This document shows, one piece after another, positions 19,142 to 35,230 of a stretch of 64,000 nt of DNA. This DNA comes from a phage. The translations under genes and the position numbers were made by a program. Position 1 is the first letter of the stretch; every line of letters starts with the position of its first letter. Where the stretch lies: the sequence record PZ386961.1, one strand, 5' to 3'. The notes under the pieces were generated by a model. That model did no database searches, was not told where the DNA came from, and saw only the letters and a program-made list of their open reading frames with translations.

Positions 19142-19176
19142 TTGACAAGTCAGGTGTTATAGCTTATTTTTATACT
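19142..19176 (+). promoter_or_regulatory. sigma70-like promoter (TTGACA with TATTTT or TATACT -10)
   Basis: TTGACA at 19142-19147; -10 candidates at 17-nt and 23-nt spacing. Confidence 0.35.
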
Positions 19177-19214
19177 CAACGTAATACAAAATTTAATATA
19201 ACTTTGAGGTCATT

Positions 19215-19598
19215 ATGAAAAAGATTTTATTAGCTGCTGCAATGGTTATGGCAATGAATTTATCAGTCAATGCAACAGAACTTCCAAATGTGGACTTATC
19301 AGGTGTTCCAGAGGATACTTGCCAGATTGTAAAAGGTGTTGCTCTGGCCAATGGTGAGCTACTTAAACCAATCTCTGAAGAGTCTTTAACAGAGATGACT
19401 GATAAGGTAACTGACTATCAATATCGCGTTCTTGCAGAGTATTTCCTGCAATCTGCAAATATTAAAGAGAAGCACCATGATGATATTGATGTACAGGCGA
19501 TGCTCAACCACCGTATCCAGTTTAAAGAAGATTTGATGCAAAAAGCTATGTATGGTGTTGAGTATTTCTTAGAAAACAGAAGCTGCACAGGTATTTGA
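19215..19598 (+). CDS. putative secreted protein
   Basis: N-terminal signal peptide MKKILLAAAMVMAMNLSVNA. Confidence 0.5.
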   Translation: MKKILLAAAMVMAMNLSVNATELPNVDLSGVPEDTCQIVKGVALANGELLKPISEESLTEMTDKVTDYQYRVLAEYFLQSANIKEKHHDDIDVQAMLNHRIQFKEDLMQKAMYGVEYFLENRSCTGI

Positions 19599-19599
19599 T

Positions 19600-19812
19600 A
19601 TGGCTCTTAAAAAGTTACATCCCAGAAGCGGTTATGGTAAGATAATTGACGATACAGACGGCTTTACAGTCTTTACAGTCATCTGTCAAGATGATTCACA
19701 GATTGAAAAGGCTCTTGATGATTATCTTAATGATGAACGTGAAAAGGTCAGAGCTACAAACATAGACTCATTAATTGATACTTCACGTAAACGGAAGAAG
19801 AAAGATGAATGA
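19600..19812 (+). CDS. hypothetical protein
   Basis: 70 aa, coupled to upstream gene. Confidence 0.45.
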   Translation: MALKKLHPRSGYGKIIDDTDGFTVFTVICQDDSQIEKALDDYLNDEREKVRATNIDSLIDTSRKRKKKDE

Positions 19813-20104
19813 GGTTTTTGACCCTTATGCTCCACAAGATGATTGGGAGGCTGATAGAGAGGCTGAAATGGAGAGTTATATTTGTCCAATGGATGTAGAC
19901 GAAATGAGAGACTTCGTTGCACATCGTTTTAAGAGAGAGATTAAATCCAGAGGTCTTTCTCAAGAACAAGTTGCTAAAATTTGTGGTATCTCTCAAGCTC
20001 GTGTATCCAACATAATCCACCTCACTGGGAATGTCTCTCTTGAGTATATGTTGGAAGTGTGTGAAAAATTTGGTGTTAATTTCAATTTAAGGTTGGCAGA
20101 TTAA
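19805..20104 (+). CDS. putative HTH (XRE-like) transcriptional regulator
   Basis: C-terminal helix-turn-helix LSQEQVAKICGISQARVSNIIH; start at internal ATG 19805. Confidence 0.45.
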   Translation: MNEVFDPYAPQDDWEADREAEMESYICPMDVDEMRDFVAHRFKREIKSRGLSQEQVAKICGISQARVSNIIHLTGNVSLEYMLEVCEKFGVNFNLRLAD

Positions 20105-20105
20105 T

Positions 20106-20465
20106 ATGAAACGTGAAAACATTATCCACTCTGAAAACTTCGCATTAGGCTTTTATGGTGCACCTACTCACCTTGAAAAGTACTACGGTGTAAAAATTCT
20201 TTCCAATCTCATTATGGCTTACAAAGATGGTAAGATTAAGCACACTGAGAAGAAACGTGTCATGGGCTACATGGCTGTAGGTTCAGCAATCTCGAACATT
20301 AAGCTGGAAACCACTAGCAGTCAGATTGTAAAAGACCACTTCATCAAAGAGCTTTACCATAATCTTGACGGTGTAGATGTTCAGGCTGTTTGGTTGGATG
20401 TTGATGGTTACAACTACACGAGTTTTGTTTTCAAAAACGACGACATTAAGTGCTTGTTCCCATAA
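20106..20465 (+). CDS. hypothetical protein
   Basis: 119 aa. Confidence 0.5.
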   Translation: MKRENIIHSENFALGFYGAPTHLEKYYGVKILSNLIMAYKDGKIKHTEKKRVMGYMAVGSAISNIKLETTSSQIVKDHFIKELYHNLDGVDVQAVWLDVDGYNYTSFVFKNDDIKCLFP

Positions 20466-20478
20466 TAGGTGATTAACT

Positions 20479-20994
20479 ATGATTGATATCTTCTTACAAG
20501 ATGCTCATGCAGACTTCCTTAAAGAGATGCTTAAAAAGTTTATGGCTTCACAGTATGAGAATGAAGCATCTTTTAAAATAGTTACATGTGGCGATGAAGC
20601 TGGTTTTGTTGAGATTGAACATGAAGGTACTGGAAAGACTGTTTGTAAGCTACCTGATAGTATGTTCTCTAGTGCATTCTTAACAAAGACTAGTATAAAT
20701 GTTAAGCTTGTACCTCAGATTGAAACATACTCTGGTACAGATTACCCTAAAGGTTTCAAGTCATTGATGAAGTACTTCTTAGATGACTTTGTGGGTAATC
20801 TTCTGAGGGAGGTAAAAGAAAGTCGTACAGTGTTAACTGTAGAGAACATGGGAGGAACTATAAAGGTTACTTCTGACTGTTTTGTGATGAGCCTCTTCGA
20901 CTTCGTTCCTAAGAACTTTGATGGTATTCTGGATGAAGAAGATGACTGTGTAGACTTTATATTGGTTCTTGAACCAGTTTTTGAGGTTAAATAA
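20479..20994 (+). CDS. hypothetical protein
   Basis: 171 aa, acidic. Confidence 0.5.
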   Translation: MIDIFLQDAHADFLKEMLKKFMASQYENEASFKIVTCGDEAGFVEIEHEGTGKTVCKLPDSMFSSAFLTKTSINVKLVPQIETYSGTDYPKGFKSLMKYFLDDFVGNLLREVKESRTVLTVENMGGTIKVTSDCFVMSLFDFVPKNFDGILDEEDDCVDFILVLEPVFEVK

Positions 20995-21255
20995 ATGAAA
21001 ATTGAACACTGCTATGAGCCTGACGGAACACCTATCCGATGTCCACATTGTGGGTGTACAGACTTACAAGGTGAGGTAAGTGAAATAGTCAACGGTCATA
21101 TTGCTGAAGAAAGTACCCGATGCACAGGGTGTAATGAAATTATCGCTTTCTGGGCTTATGGTTCATACCAACCCTCTCCACATTTTATCTACCATCGTAG
21201 TAAAGTTGTGAAGAGTGTCATCAACTGGTTCATTAAGAAAGGGTTTACAAAATGA
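20995..21255 (+). CDS. zinc-ribbon protein
   Basis: CPHCGC...CTGCN cysteine pairs. Confidence 0.45.
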   Translation: MKIEHCYEPDGTPIRCPHCGCTDLQGEVSEIVNGHIAEESTRCTGCNEIIAFWAYGSYQPSPHFIYHRSKVVKSVINWFIKKGFTK

Positions 21256-21797
21256 TTAAACTAATATTTGCAAGTGGTGAAAACGGTGAATTTGGTACTC
21301 CAACTGGTATGCCGTGGCCTCGACATAAAGAGGATATGCAAGAGTTTAAGAGACTCACTAAAGACAACTTAGTAGTAATGGGTAACGAGACTTTCAAAAC
21401 TCTGGGAAGTAAACCTTTACCTGAACGTGAAAACCTTATCTTAACAAACTCTGTGCCTTATTACGGTATAGATTTTAGTAAAGATGATGTTATGTTTGCT
21501 AAAGCGCATCAAGACTCTTTTGGAGCATTTTTAAAGTATCTTGATAGTAATATTGAAGAAGACGTCTTCGTAATTGGTGGTGTAGGTATTCTTGTCAGTG
21601 CTTTACCGTATGCTGATGTAGTGTTCCATACAGTTTTCCATGAAGTTACTGAAGAGGCAACTGTACATCTACCTTTTGAGAACTTCTTTGACAAGTTGCA
21701 TGACCGTAAAATTTTCGCTAAGATTCAGTCAAAACCATCAGAGGATGGTAAAGCAACTTTTGAAATTTATGTTCCACAAGTAAAAGGACACTTTTGA
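21252..21797 (+). CDS. dihydrofolate reductase
   Basis: IFASGENGEFG...MPWP...VVMGNETF motifs typical of DHFR; adjacent to thymidylate synthase. Confidence 0.8.
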   Translation: MIKLIFASGENGEFGTPTGMPWPRHKEDMQEFKRLTKDNLVVMGNETFKTLGSKPLPERENLILTNSVPYYGIDFSKDDVMFAKAHQDSFGAFLKYLDSNIEEDVFVIGGVGILVSALPYADVVFHTVFHEVTEEATVHLPFENFFDKLHDRKIFAKIQSKPSEDGKATFEIYVPQVKGHF

Positions 21798-21798
21798 T

Positions 21799-22698
21799 AT
21801 GTCACAAGCAGATACAAGTTACAAAAATATCCTGAACCATGTTTTATCCGTTGGTGAACTGCGTACTACACGAACTGGAGATGTTATCTCTGCTTTTGCT
21901 CCACCTCAGTTTCGTTTTGATATGAGGACTGGTTTCCCGCTCTTAACATCTAAACAGGTGTTTACACGGCAAGTTATTGGGGAGGCTTTATGGTTCCTGA
22001 ATGGTGAGAATAAGCTGGGTGAACTTCGTTACCGTACTTGGGGTGAAAATGACGGAGAACGCTGGACTATCTGGTCAGATGATTTTAAACGTTGGTTAAG
22101 CTCTAATTATTCTTCTGAACAAGATTGGTTAGAGGATGCAGGTGGGAGAATCTATGGAGTTCAGTGGAGAAACTTTGAAGGTCATAACGGTTGTGTTGTA
22201 GACCAGCTAGAGACCTTAGTAACGAAGATGAAGGGTGATATCACAGACCGATACATGCTTGTTAATGCTTGGAATGCAGCAGATATCGCAGCAAACTCAA
22301 TGGCTTTAGCACCTTGTCATGTTCTGTTTCAGATTTATATCACTAACGAAGGTGAAGTTGACTTGCAATGGTATCAACGTTCTGTAGACACCTTTTTAGG
22401 GCTCCCATTTAACATTGCGTCTTATGGCTTCATCTTAGAAGTTCTTTGCAAGATGACTGGATACACTCCACGGTACTTGATAGGTGTCTTTGGAGATACT
22501 CAGATTTATCAGAACCATATGAAACAGGTTTATGAACTGATGAACAATGAAGAGTTCCATGCACCAACTTTTGAGATTGGTCTACCACTTAACACTTTAA
22601 GTGACCTGAAACATCTTACTGCAAGTGATTTTATTGGTGGCATTAACAACTACCAACATGCAGGGAAGATTGAAGCACCTCTGTCAGTAGGTAAGTAA
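21799..22698 (+). CDS. thyA: thymidylate synthase
   Basis: Catalytic cysteine context LAPCH and overall ThyA-like sequence. Confidence 0.85.
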   Translation: MSQADTSYKNILNHVLSVGELRTTRTGDVISAFAPPQFRFDMRTGFPLLTSKQVFTRQVIGEALWFLNGENKLGELRYRTWGENDGERWTIWSDDFKRWLSSNYSSEQDWLEDAGGRIYGVQWRNFEGHNGCVVDQLETLVTKMKGDITDRYMLVNAWNAADIAANSMALAPCHVLFQIYITNEGEVDLQWYQRSVDTFLGLPFNIASYGFILEVLCKMTGYTPRYLIGVFGDTQIYQNHMKQVYELMNNEEFHAPTFEIGLPLNTLSDLKHLTASDFIGGINNYQHAGKIEAPLSVGK

Positions 22699-22702
22699 AA
22701 AC

Positions 22703-22738
22703 AAAAAAGGCTCCCGTAAAAAGGAGCCTTAAAATTTT
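22703..22738. terminator. bidirectional rho-independent terminator (aggctcc-cgtaaaaa-ggagcct flanked by A-run and T-run)
   Basis: Hairpin between convergent genes thyA (+) and 22737..23108 (-). Confidence 0.6.
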
Positions 22739-23108
22739 ATTTTTCAGTATTCTTTGTGTTCTTTTCAGTAATAGCTTGCAAGGCTGATACTGATTGGGCC
22801 AGATTGTTCACACTGTCAGAGAATTTATCAAGAGTTTTGGTAAGTTTCGCATTCTCACCCTTAATATTCTCTAACTGGACTTTCTGGTTCTCCATCCCTA
22901 GCTGAATCAGTCTCATGTCAGACTGTAAATCACGAATAGCTGAATAGTTACTTTTGGAATAATTATCTAGCTGCTGTAACTTTGTTGTGACAGATACTTC
23001 TTGCTTACCACTTGAAACTTGCATAGTGGTATACATTCCAATAACACTAAAAATACCAACTACAATTGCACCAATATTATTTTTAAAAGCTTCCTCTAGC
23101 CACTTCAT
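22737..23108 (-). CDS. membrane-anchored coiled-coil protein (possible holin or i-spanin)
   Basis: N-terminal TM helix GAIVVGIFSVIGMYTT then coiled-coil; downstream of tail fibre genes. Confidence 0.3.
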   Translation of the reverse strand: MKWLEEAFKNNIGAIVVGIFSVIGMYTTMQVSSGKQEVSVTTKLQQLDNYSKSNYSAIRDLQSDMRLIQLGMENQKVQLENIKGENAKLTKTLDKFSDSVNNLAQSVSALQAITEKNTKNTEK

Positions 23109-23302
23109 TTATTCTCCCCCTTAAAAGCTTTTTCTAAGTTATCTACGAACTCATCATCAATAGGTGTGTCTGTCTTACTCGCAAGATATCTTGCAAGCTT
23201 AAAGAACACTTTCTCAATCATGTATTCACTTAGAAGGGATAAAATGAGTTTCCAGAAGAAGCTACCTAGATTTTTTAGAAGAATTGCTAGGATTGTAGGC
23301 AT
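23105..23302 (-). CDS. small membrane protein
   Basis: 65 aa with one hydrophobic helix; ATGA overlap with downstream gene. Confidence 0.35.
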   Translation of the reverse strand: MPTILAILLKNLGSFFWKLILSLLSEYMIEKVFFKLARYLASKTDTPIDDEFVDNLEKAFKGENK

Positions 23303-23381
23303 TTAATCACCTCATCAGCCAAGATGGTGAGAATACCCATAAAGAATATTAACACCATCTTAACAATCAGTCAACAAGGGA

Positions 23382-25751
23382 TTAAGCAGTTCTTACCCAA
23401 GCCATTAACTTATAGAACTTGTTAGTAACACTGAATGCTGAACCAGAACCAGTACCACCTGTGTTACCACTAACTGTGTGGCTGTGAGCACCAATACCAA
23501 CAGTGTGGCTGTGAGCACCTGTTGTATTTGTTACACCTGTCCAAGTCCTTGACGCTTGGAAATCAGCAGCAGCACCGTAAGTGAAGTTAGAGCCTGTGAA
23601 GCCATGTGAAGACTGAGAACTACCCATCTTAAACGCACCACTAGCAGTGTAGAATGAACTATTATCACTTCTGAACCAACCAACCACACCAGTAATCTCC
23701 ATAGTACCTCTGTTGTGGTTATGGTTACCAGTTGTACTAGAAGTTTTAGTACCATAATCAAATGACGAAGTAGTCGCAGAGAAACTATGCGTGTGTGAAG
23801 GCAAGTTACCAACAGCTAATGTTACAGAGTCTGAACCACCAGTTGTAGCAACATCTGAACCGTTTGCTGCTGCAATTCTAATAGTTCTACCAACACCATT
23901 GTTCAGGTACGTCCAAGTTAACCCAGGAAGTGCTGTGTTAGGGTTGACATTACTGTTAAACCACGTCACAATCCCTACTGGATAGATTTTATTCAGGTCT
24001 GTAGAGTCACTAATTGCATCTGCAATCTTCTGGTCAGTTTCAGCTTTAGTGTATGCACCGATGTCTGAAGGGGTTGGTTTATCTTTGTCTGTATAGATTT
24101 TAGACCAAGCACTCTCAAAACCATAACCGTCTCTTGCTGACCTATACCAAAAACCGCCATTGTTGTAGTTAAATTTTAACTGAGTTGCTGGTGTAGAACT
24201 GCTACCCTGATACATATGGTAGACCAGTTGTGTTGAACCACCAGATTTCGTTGTAACATTATACAGACCAGTTTTAGCATTCCAAGCAATTCCATCACTA
24301 TCACCTACCTCTGTACCAGAACCAGTAGATACAGCAAGCATGTACCTAGAGTTTGCGACAGATTGCGTATAATATCTAGCATCTAAGTTAGAGAAATCTG
24401 AAGGTTGAATCTGCCCTGCTAGGGTTAATGTCTTATTGATACTTGCAGATGAGTTACCTAAAATTAACCAAGTGCCAGAGAAGCTGTTGTTTAAGGCTAC
24501 ATCAGTAGAATTTGGGTCACCAACACCTAACCACCATCTTGATACATTGGCAGCGTCCTTACCACGAATATACAATGGCCTATTCTGAGTAGAGTTTTTA
24601 ATAACTAAACCTTCACCATCACTAACAACTGTTTGCGCACCATTAAAAGTATTTTGTGCATTAGTTCTTGCAATCGTACTTAATGTTGCTACCGGAATAT
24701 ATCTAGAGTCAATGTTAGCCCAATCTGAAGGTTGGACTTGTCCAGTGATTTGCACAGTTTTATTGATACCAATAGTAGTACCTAGTGAAACCTGTGAACC
24801 TGTAAGGTAGTTATAAATGTTTAGACGTGTCTCGTCAGAATCTGTACCAACATACCATTTATTTGTTCCATCAGACTTCTTACCGAGAATGTAAAGTGCT
24901 GTATTTGCATCAGTATTCTGCAAAGTAATGGCATTAGCATTCTTCTTAGCAACAAGGTTAGTGAAAGTGTTAGCACCTGTAAAAGTATTATTGCCAGCTA
25001 ACTGTGCAAATCTCTGATTAGCAACTGTCTGAGTGAAGTATCTCGCATCTAAGTTAGAGAAATCTGAAGGTTGAACTTGACCAGTGATTGCTAAAGACTT
25101 ATTAACAGAGACATTACTTGCAACAGTCAAGGCTGAGTTGTATTTGTTATTGTACAGCTTTACTTCGTCAGAGCCATTACTACCAATACCAACCCACCAT
25201 CTAGTCGAACCATCTAGGTTTACACCTTCGATATATTGTGCATTATTTGCATTTTGGTTTCTAAGGCGAAGTAAGTTAGCATCACCTTGAATATTTTGAG
25301 TTCCAGAAAATGTGTTTGTGATAGCAAGTCTTGCGTATCTTGCATCATTCTCTTCATTAGTCCTCATACCAAGCTCATTAGGACTTGGCTTATTCAGAGT
25401 ATGATAAACAGTTGCTGACCTTGAAGCATCTGCAATAGTTAGTTTAAGACCATTTGCGTTAATTTTAAAAGTCTTTAAAATATCCCCAATAGTAATCTCA
25501 GAAGAGCCTGTAGGGTCAAATACAGCCTTACCACCATAAAGTAACTTGACAATACCTAAATCCCCCGTCATAGTGCTCCCAGCAATCTGAACAAACCTTT
25601 CTAGTTTGAAGGAAGCTAAGAAGTCTTGATAGGTCATTCTGCGGTCTTCATCACCCAACATTTCAGGTCTTTTCTTAACTCTGATGTGCAATAGGTCTTC
25701 TGAACGAATTGTGTCGATTGAGTTTAATTGACTCAATTTGTAATCTGCCAT
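23382..25751 (-). CDS. tail fibre protein (His-rich HxH repeat tip)
   Basis: 789 aa; C-terminal repeats NLPSHTHSF, GAHSHTVGIGAHSHTV; follows baseplate genes. Confidence 0.7.
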   Translation of the reverse strand: MADYKLSQLNSIDTIRSEDLLHIRVKKRPEMLGDEDRRMTYQDFLASFKLERFVQIAGSTMTGDLGIVKLLYGGKAVFDPTGSSEITIGDILKTFKINANGLKLTIADASRSATVYHTLNKPSPNELGMRTNEENDARYARLAITNTFSGTQNIQGDANLLRLRNQNANNAQYIEGVNLDGSTRWWVGIGSNGSDEVKLYNNKYNSALTVASNVSVNKSLAITGQVQPSDFSNLDARYFTQTVANQRFAQLAGNNTFTGANTFTNLVAKKNANAITLQNTDANTALYILGKKSDGTNKWYVGTDSDETRLNIYNYLTGSQVSLGTTIGINKTVQITGQVQPSDWANIDSRYIPVATLSTIARTNAQNTFNGAQTVVSDGEGLVIKNSTQNRPLYIRGKDAANVSRWWLGVGDPNSTDVALNNSFSGTWLILGNSSASINKTLTLAGQIQPSDFSNLDARYYTQSVANSRYMLAVSTGSGTEVGDSDGIAWNAKTGLYNVTTKSGGSTQLVYHMYQGSSSTPATQLKFNYNNGGFWYRSARDGYGFESAWSKIYTDKDKPTPSDIGAYTKAETDQKIADAISDSTDLNKIYPVGIVTWFNSNVNPNTALPGLTWTYLNNGVGRTIRIAAANGSDVATTGGSDSVTLAVGNLPSHTHSFSATTSSFDYGTKTSSTTGNHNHNRGTMEITGVVGWFRSDNSSFYTASGAFKMGSSQSSHGFTGSNFTYGAAADFQASRTWTGVTNTTGAHSHTVGIGAHSHTVSGNTGGTGSGSAFSVTNKFYKLMAWVRTA

Positions 25752-25797
25752 TATAAATTTTCCTCTTAAAAGGGGCTACAAAGCCCCTGTAAAGAAA

Positions 25798-26973
25798 TTA
25801 AGCTGTTCTCTGCCACACATATACTACAAAAGATGGTTGCTCAACACTGAAAGCTTGACCACCACCAACAGAACCAGATGTTCCTGAGTGTGTATGTTCG
25901 GAGCTAGAAACAGTAACAGACCCTGTATGACTGTGTGAACCAATATTAACAGTGTGGCTGTGAGCACCAATTGCAACAGTATGACTGTGAGCACCAGATG
26001 ATGCAGTTGTACCTGAGAAGCTATGAGTATGAGCACCAGCCAAATCAGTATACACAGCATACCCAACACCAGCATCAGCGGATGCAGTAATAGCATTTGA
26101 CCCACCTCTGTCGTTACCCCTCATAGGTACTCTATGGTTGTGGTTACCAGCATTACTTGTCGTGCCACTAAAAGTGTGGGTGTGAGCACCAGAACTGTCA
26201 GTCGTTTTTGTACCGTAGTCAAAAGTTGATGTACTCTTTGAACCATAATCAAAACTAGAGATAGATACACTTGCAGAGTGTGTATGACCACCACCTGTTA
26301 AATAGATAGAGTGAGTGTGTGCTGGTAAATTATTATTTGTTAATGCTACAGTCTGAGAACCAAACGTTGAACCAACAGGTCTAGAATCTGTATCATAACC
26401 AACTAGTGCTCTACCTTTAGAAACTAACTCCCAAGTACCTCCACAAAGTAAGTAAGTGGATGGGTTAGCTGGATTCACAGATAGATGGATTGTCCCTACT
26501 GGATATGATGCTTGGATAGCTTTGTACAATTTATTGACTGCTTTTGCTGTAGCATATTTATCAGCATCTTCATTATATAAATTAGATGTTGTCCAGTTTT
26601 GAACGTTACTTAAACCAACCTGTGCTTTCGTTGTATTGTGTGGGTTACTTTTATCGTCAATATGTTTCTTAATTAAATTATTCACTTCCTCTGACGACAT
26701 AATTTGTAGATTTGCTCTTGCCTCAGCAACATTCACAATGTCTGACAAGTTATTAGCTGCAACTAATTGAAGAGAGTTAATAACATTATCAAGACCCACT
26801 TGTGATTTAGTTACACCATGAGGATTATTCCTCAGAGATGCGTGAGGTGCTAACAACTGCTCAAGCGTACATCTTTTATCCTCAACACCTTGCTTAAGGT
26901 GGAAGATATCACTCAAATCAATTGGTAAGGCCGCTTGTGGCAAGGCACTAATTTGAATTTCACCTACTGCCAT
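25798..26973 (-). CDS. tail fibre protein, second (paralogous His-rich tip)
   Basis: 391 aa; C-terminal NLPAHTHS..., AHSHTVAIGAHSHTVNIGSHSHT repeats similar to 23382..25751. Confidence 0.7.
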   Translation of the reverse strand: MAVGEIQISALPQAALPIDLSDIFHLKQGVEDKRCTLEQLLAPHASLRNNPHGVTKSQVGLDNVINSLQLVAANNLSDIVNVAEARANLQIMSSEEVNNLIKKHIDDKSNPHNTTKAQVGLSNVQNWTTSNLYNEDADKYATAKAVNKLYKAIQASYPVGTIHLSVNPANPSTYLLCGGTWELVSKGRALVGYDTDSRPVGSTFGSQTVALTNNNLPAHTHSIYLTGGGHTHSASVSISSFDYGSKSTSTFDYGTKTTDSSGAHTHTFSGTTSNAGNHNHRVPMRGNDRGGSNAITASADAGVGYAVYTDLAGAHTHSFSGTTASSGAHSHTVAIGAHSHTVNIGSHSHTGSVTVSSSEHTHSGTSGSVGGGQAFSVEQPSFVVYVWQRTA

Positions 26974-26975
26974 TA

Positions 26976-27278
26976 TTAAGCTCCTACATATTCATATGTG
27001 TAAAGGTTTCTTGTACTTGTTGATGCAGTCCCTGTCTCAGACTTAATGAGGTTCCAGCCATTAGCCACTAAATCTGGTTGCTCAGTTGCATATGAACGAA
27101 CTTCACCAACAGTGCCATTTACTTTATTCAGCAGGTAGTTGATAATATAGTTGAACCACTGTCTACCCATAGGCTCACCCTTTAAAAGACCTGTCTCTTG
27201 AACTTCCGGTGGTGGTAAAACTTTTAACTGATTACCATCAGTATCTACTTCGTTTGTAGACCAATTTAGAACTGCCAT
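26976..27278 (-). CDS. putative tail fibre/baseplate connector protein
   Basis: Position between baseplate and fibre genes. Confidence 0.3.
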   Translation of the reverse strand: MAVLNWSTNEVDTDGNQLKVLPPPEVQETGLLKGEPMGRQWFNYIINYLLNKVNGTVGEVRSYATEQPDLVANGWNLIKSETGTASTSTRNLYTYEYVGA

Positions 27279-28132
27279 TAAGAATTTCCTTCTTGTTGTG
27301 ATTTATCTTTTCTGCCTTTGACAATTTGTGCAACCTCAGCCATGATTCCGTATGCACCACCTGCAATAGCTTCTTTACCAACGATGAAATAACCACTCTT
27401 ATTAGACCTATCTACAGTCATATAATCATCGCTCTGTGAGTTTGCTGTTCTGTCAACCTTAAAGTAACCATCAATAACACCAGCATCTGCAAGACTCCCT
27501 ACTAGGTTGGACTCCAGAGAGCCACCAGTGTTATTTGTGACCAGACCTCTGTTAGCATCAGTTACAAACCAGTTCTCTTTATCATCAACAATAGCAAGTG
27601 ATGAATCAGCAACCTCTACAGGTGTCCAAGCGGTCCCATTTAAAGTAACATCTCTTAAGATAACAGCGGAACCAGTGGTTGTTGCAGAAATCTTTGACAG
27701 TGTATACGCAGCATCAAGAACGCTTTTTCTAGTATTAATACGGATAACGATACCACCAGTCTTAGGAGTAATATGCTCAAAAATCTGAGAGAAAGTTGCA
27801 CCATACAATGTCATAATTGCTTTTTGCAAGAATGTTGGAGTAGTATCAGAACGTCTTAGGAAGATTTGGATATAAAGCATAGCTCTATATGTTTCATCAT
27901 CAGCACCTAAAGGTCTAGGAACTTTAATCAGTGAGCCAATATTATCAAGTTGTTGACCTACTGACATCCTGATATTTCTCTCTGTGTGCATCTGCCAGCA
28001 AACATCCTCTAGTGTTTGTAGCTCATCAGTGATTGCTTTCAAGATACTTGTATAGATAAATTTATCTTTAAACTGTGTTACAGTCCTTTCATCAAGTGTT
28101 TTATAATAAACACTATCAATCTTTTCAAACAT
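27278..28132 (-). CDS. baseplate protein (P2 gpI / Mu gp48-like position)
   Basis: Synteny after J-like baseplate gene. Confidence 0.4.
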   Translation of the reverse strand: MFEKIDSVYYKTLDERTVTQFKDKFIYTSILKAITDELQTLEDVCWQMHTERNIRMSVGQQLDNIGSLIKVPRPLGADDETYRAMLYIQIFLRRSDTTPTFLQKAIMTLYGATFSQIFEHITPKTGGIVIRINTRKSVLDAAYTLSKISATTTGSAVILRDVTLNGTAWTPVEVADSSLAIVDDKENWFVTDANRGLVTNNTGGSLESNLVGSLADAGVIDGYFKVDRTANSQSDDYMTVDRSNKSGYFIVGKEAIAGGAYGIMAEVAQIVKGRKDKSQQEGNS

Positions 28133-28134
28133 TA

Positions 28135-29603
28135 TTACTCCTTAGTGATGGTATACTGGCTACTTTCCCAAACAGTATATTGGTCACCGTCAACAGTAAT
28201 TCTTGCTGTAGTATATTGTCCGTCACTAGGTGGAACTGATTGGCTGTTTGATAATGCTACTTTCACCTCATTAATCTCAATACCTTTGATTACGTCATAG
28301 ATGTACCCATAAATTCTGTTAGGGATAACATCATTACCAACCTTAAGAGTTCTTCCGTAGGCGTTAATACCTTGCACAATACTATCTCTGATATCTTCTT
28401 CAGGGGTTGTCAAACTTTCTTCGTCATATAATGAGTAAGACACCTTAACAAATGCGTATTTTGGTGTTGGTCTGCTAAAATAGATATTATGTGCCAGACC
28501 ACCTAAATCATAGGCTGTACCAAAAATTGAGCCATAAGCCCTGATACCAGCAGGTTTTGTATCCCAGATTGCTTGAGCAACATTATCATTTTGACCACCA
28601 ACTACAACAATCTTAAAAGATTTTGGTGGAAGACCTTCTGAGTTTGTCTCTTCAGTATCATTCTCAACACCTGAAGCATCTGAGACACCTTGAACTCTTT
28701 TAACAGCAGCTACAATTGCATCCAAAGTCCCTACACCAGTAACTGCTAAGGATTCTAAATATCTCTGTCTAAGTTCTGTGTCAGTTTCTTCGTTTCTACC
28801 AGTTGTTAAGTCATACCTGTTATAAATACTGTCAAGACCATCAACAGTTGTCTCAATCTCAATAAGAGTTCCAGCTAAAGCAGGAATAGCACCAACCTCT
28901 TCAGCTACTACATCTGAGATAGTTGTAATCTTTGTAAAGGTCAGAAACGTTGTCGCAGTGACAACCATAGGGTTTGTTCTTGCAATGATATCACCCTCAT
29001 CTTTATAGACTCTTAATGCGGCTCCATCATTGATAACTTCTGCTTTTGCTACAATACCACCATTAATAGCCTCTGCTAATTTAGTTAGGAGTGTGGTAAT
29101 TGTGTCTGATGAGGTTGGTTTATACGAGAAAATAACGTTATCAATAATAATAACATAATCTGCATCAGTTCGTAAAGAGTTAACTTCAAGAACAGCTTCA
29201 ACACAATATGATGGGGTAAGGGTAATATTGTTAACTGGATAAAAGATATTTCCAGCAGTACTTCTCAATCTTGTTGTTGAAGAGATGGTAGCACCAGTTG
29301 TTCCAGTAAACTCAACCTGACCCCTTGTTGCCTGAGCAACATATCTGTATACAGCATTCAAAGCTGTAATATCATCAAGGTTAAATCCTTCAGCCTTGTC
29401 AATTGTCCCGCCGTCATAGATTTCTGATAGAATCTCATGTGTATCTGCTAAAGACCTTGCAATTGAAGCTAGGAAGAGACCTAATTGGCTATCTTCAGAA
29501 ACGTCAAGGTTTGGTGAAATATCTCTAAGAAGTCTTGATTTGATATTATCAAAAATTTCCTGATATCTTAGAGTTTGTAATCCTGTTGTAGTTAATCCTG
29601 CCA

Positions 29604-29604
<1 letters not shown>
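28135..29604 (-). CDS. baseplate protein J-like
   Basis: 489 aa, position after W-like gene in conserved spike-W-J-I order. Confidence 0.5.
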
Positions 29605-34988
<5,384 letters not shown>

Positions 34989-34989
<1 letters not shown>

Positions 34990-35228
34990 TACATTTTTCC
35001 TGCTCTTCTAAGTTCGTTGTAAGCAATTTCCTCTTTATACGACCTCTGAATCTCAAGAAATTGTCTCAATGATAATAAATCAGAGAATGTCATAGCAAAG
35101 AGTTGGTCAAGTGTTTCTTTACACCCTTCCATACCATAAATAGCAAGCACAAATTTCATCTCGTCTGCTTCTTCATAGGTTGCCTCTACAGCAGCATCAG
35201 TTAGTGGTGTCTGTAGAGTGTTACCCAT
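34989..35228 (-). CDS. tail assembly chaperone, -1 frame extension (GT-like)
   Basis: Frame open upstream to about 35309, overlapping 3' end of 35231..35629; slippery heptamer TTTTTTC. Confidence 0.5.
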
Positions 35229-35230
35229 GT

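Noticed and set aside
23531-23812. Antisense or alternative-frame ORFs inside tail fibre and baseplate genes (23531-23812, 23791-23985, 25824-26105, 27507-27788, 25084-25290)
   Set aside because: Fully contained in long, well-supported structural genes; low-complexity translations typical of shadow ORFs.
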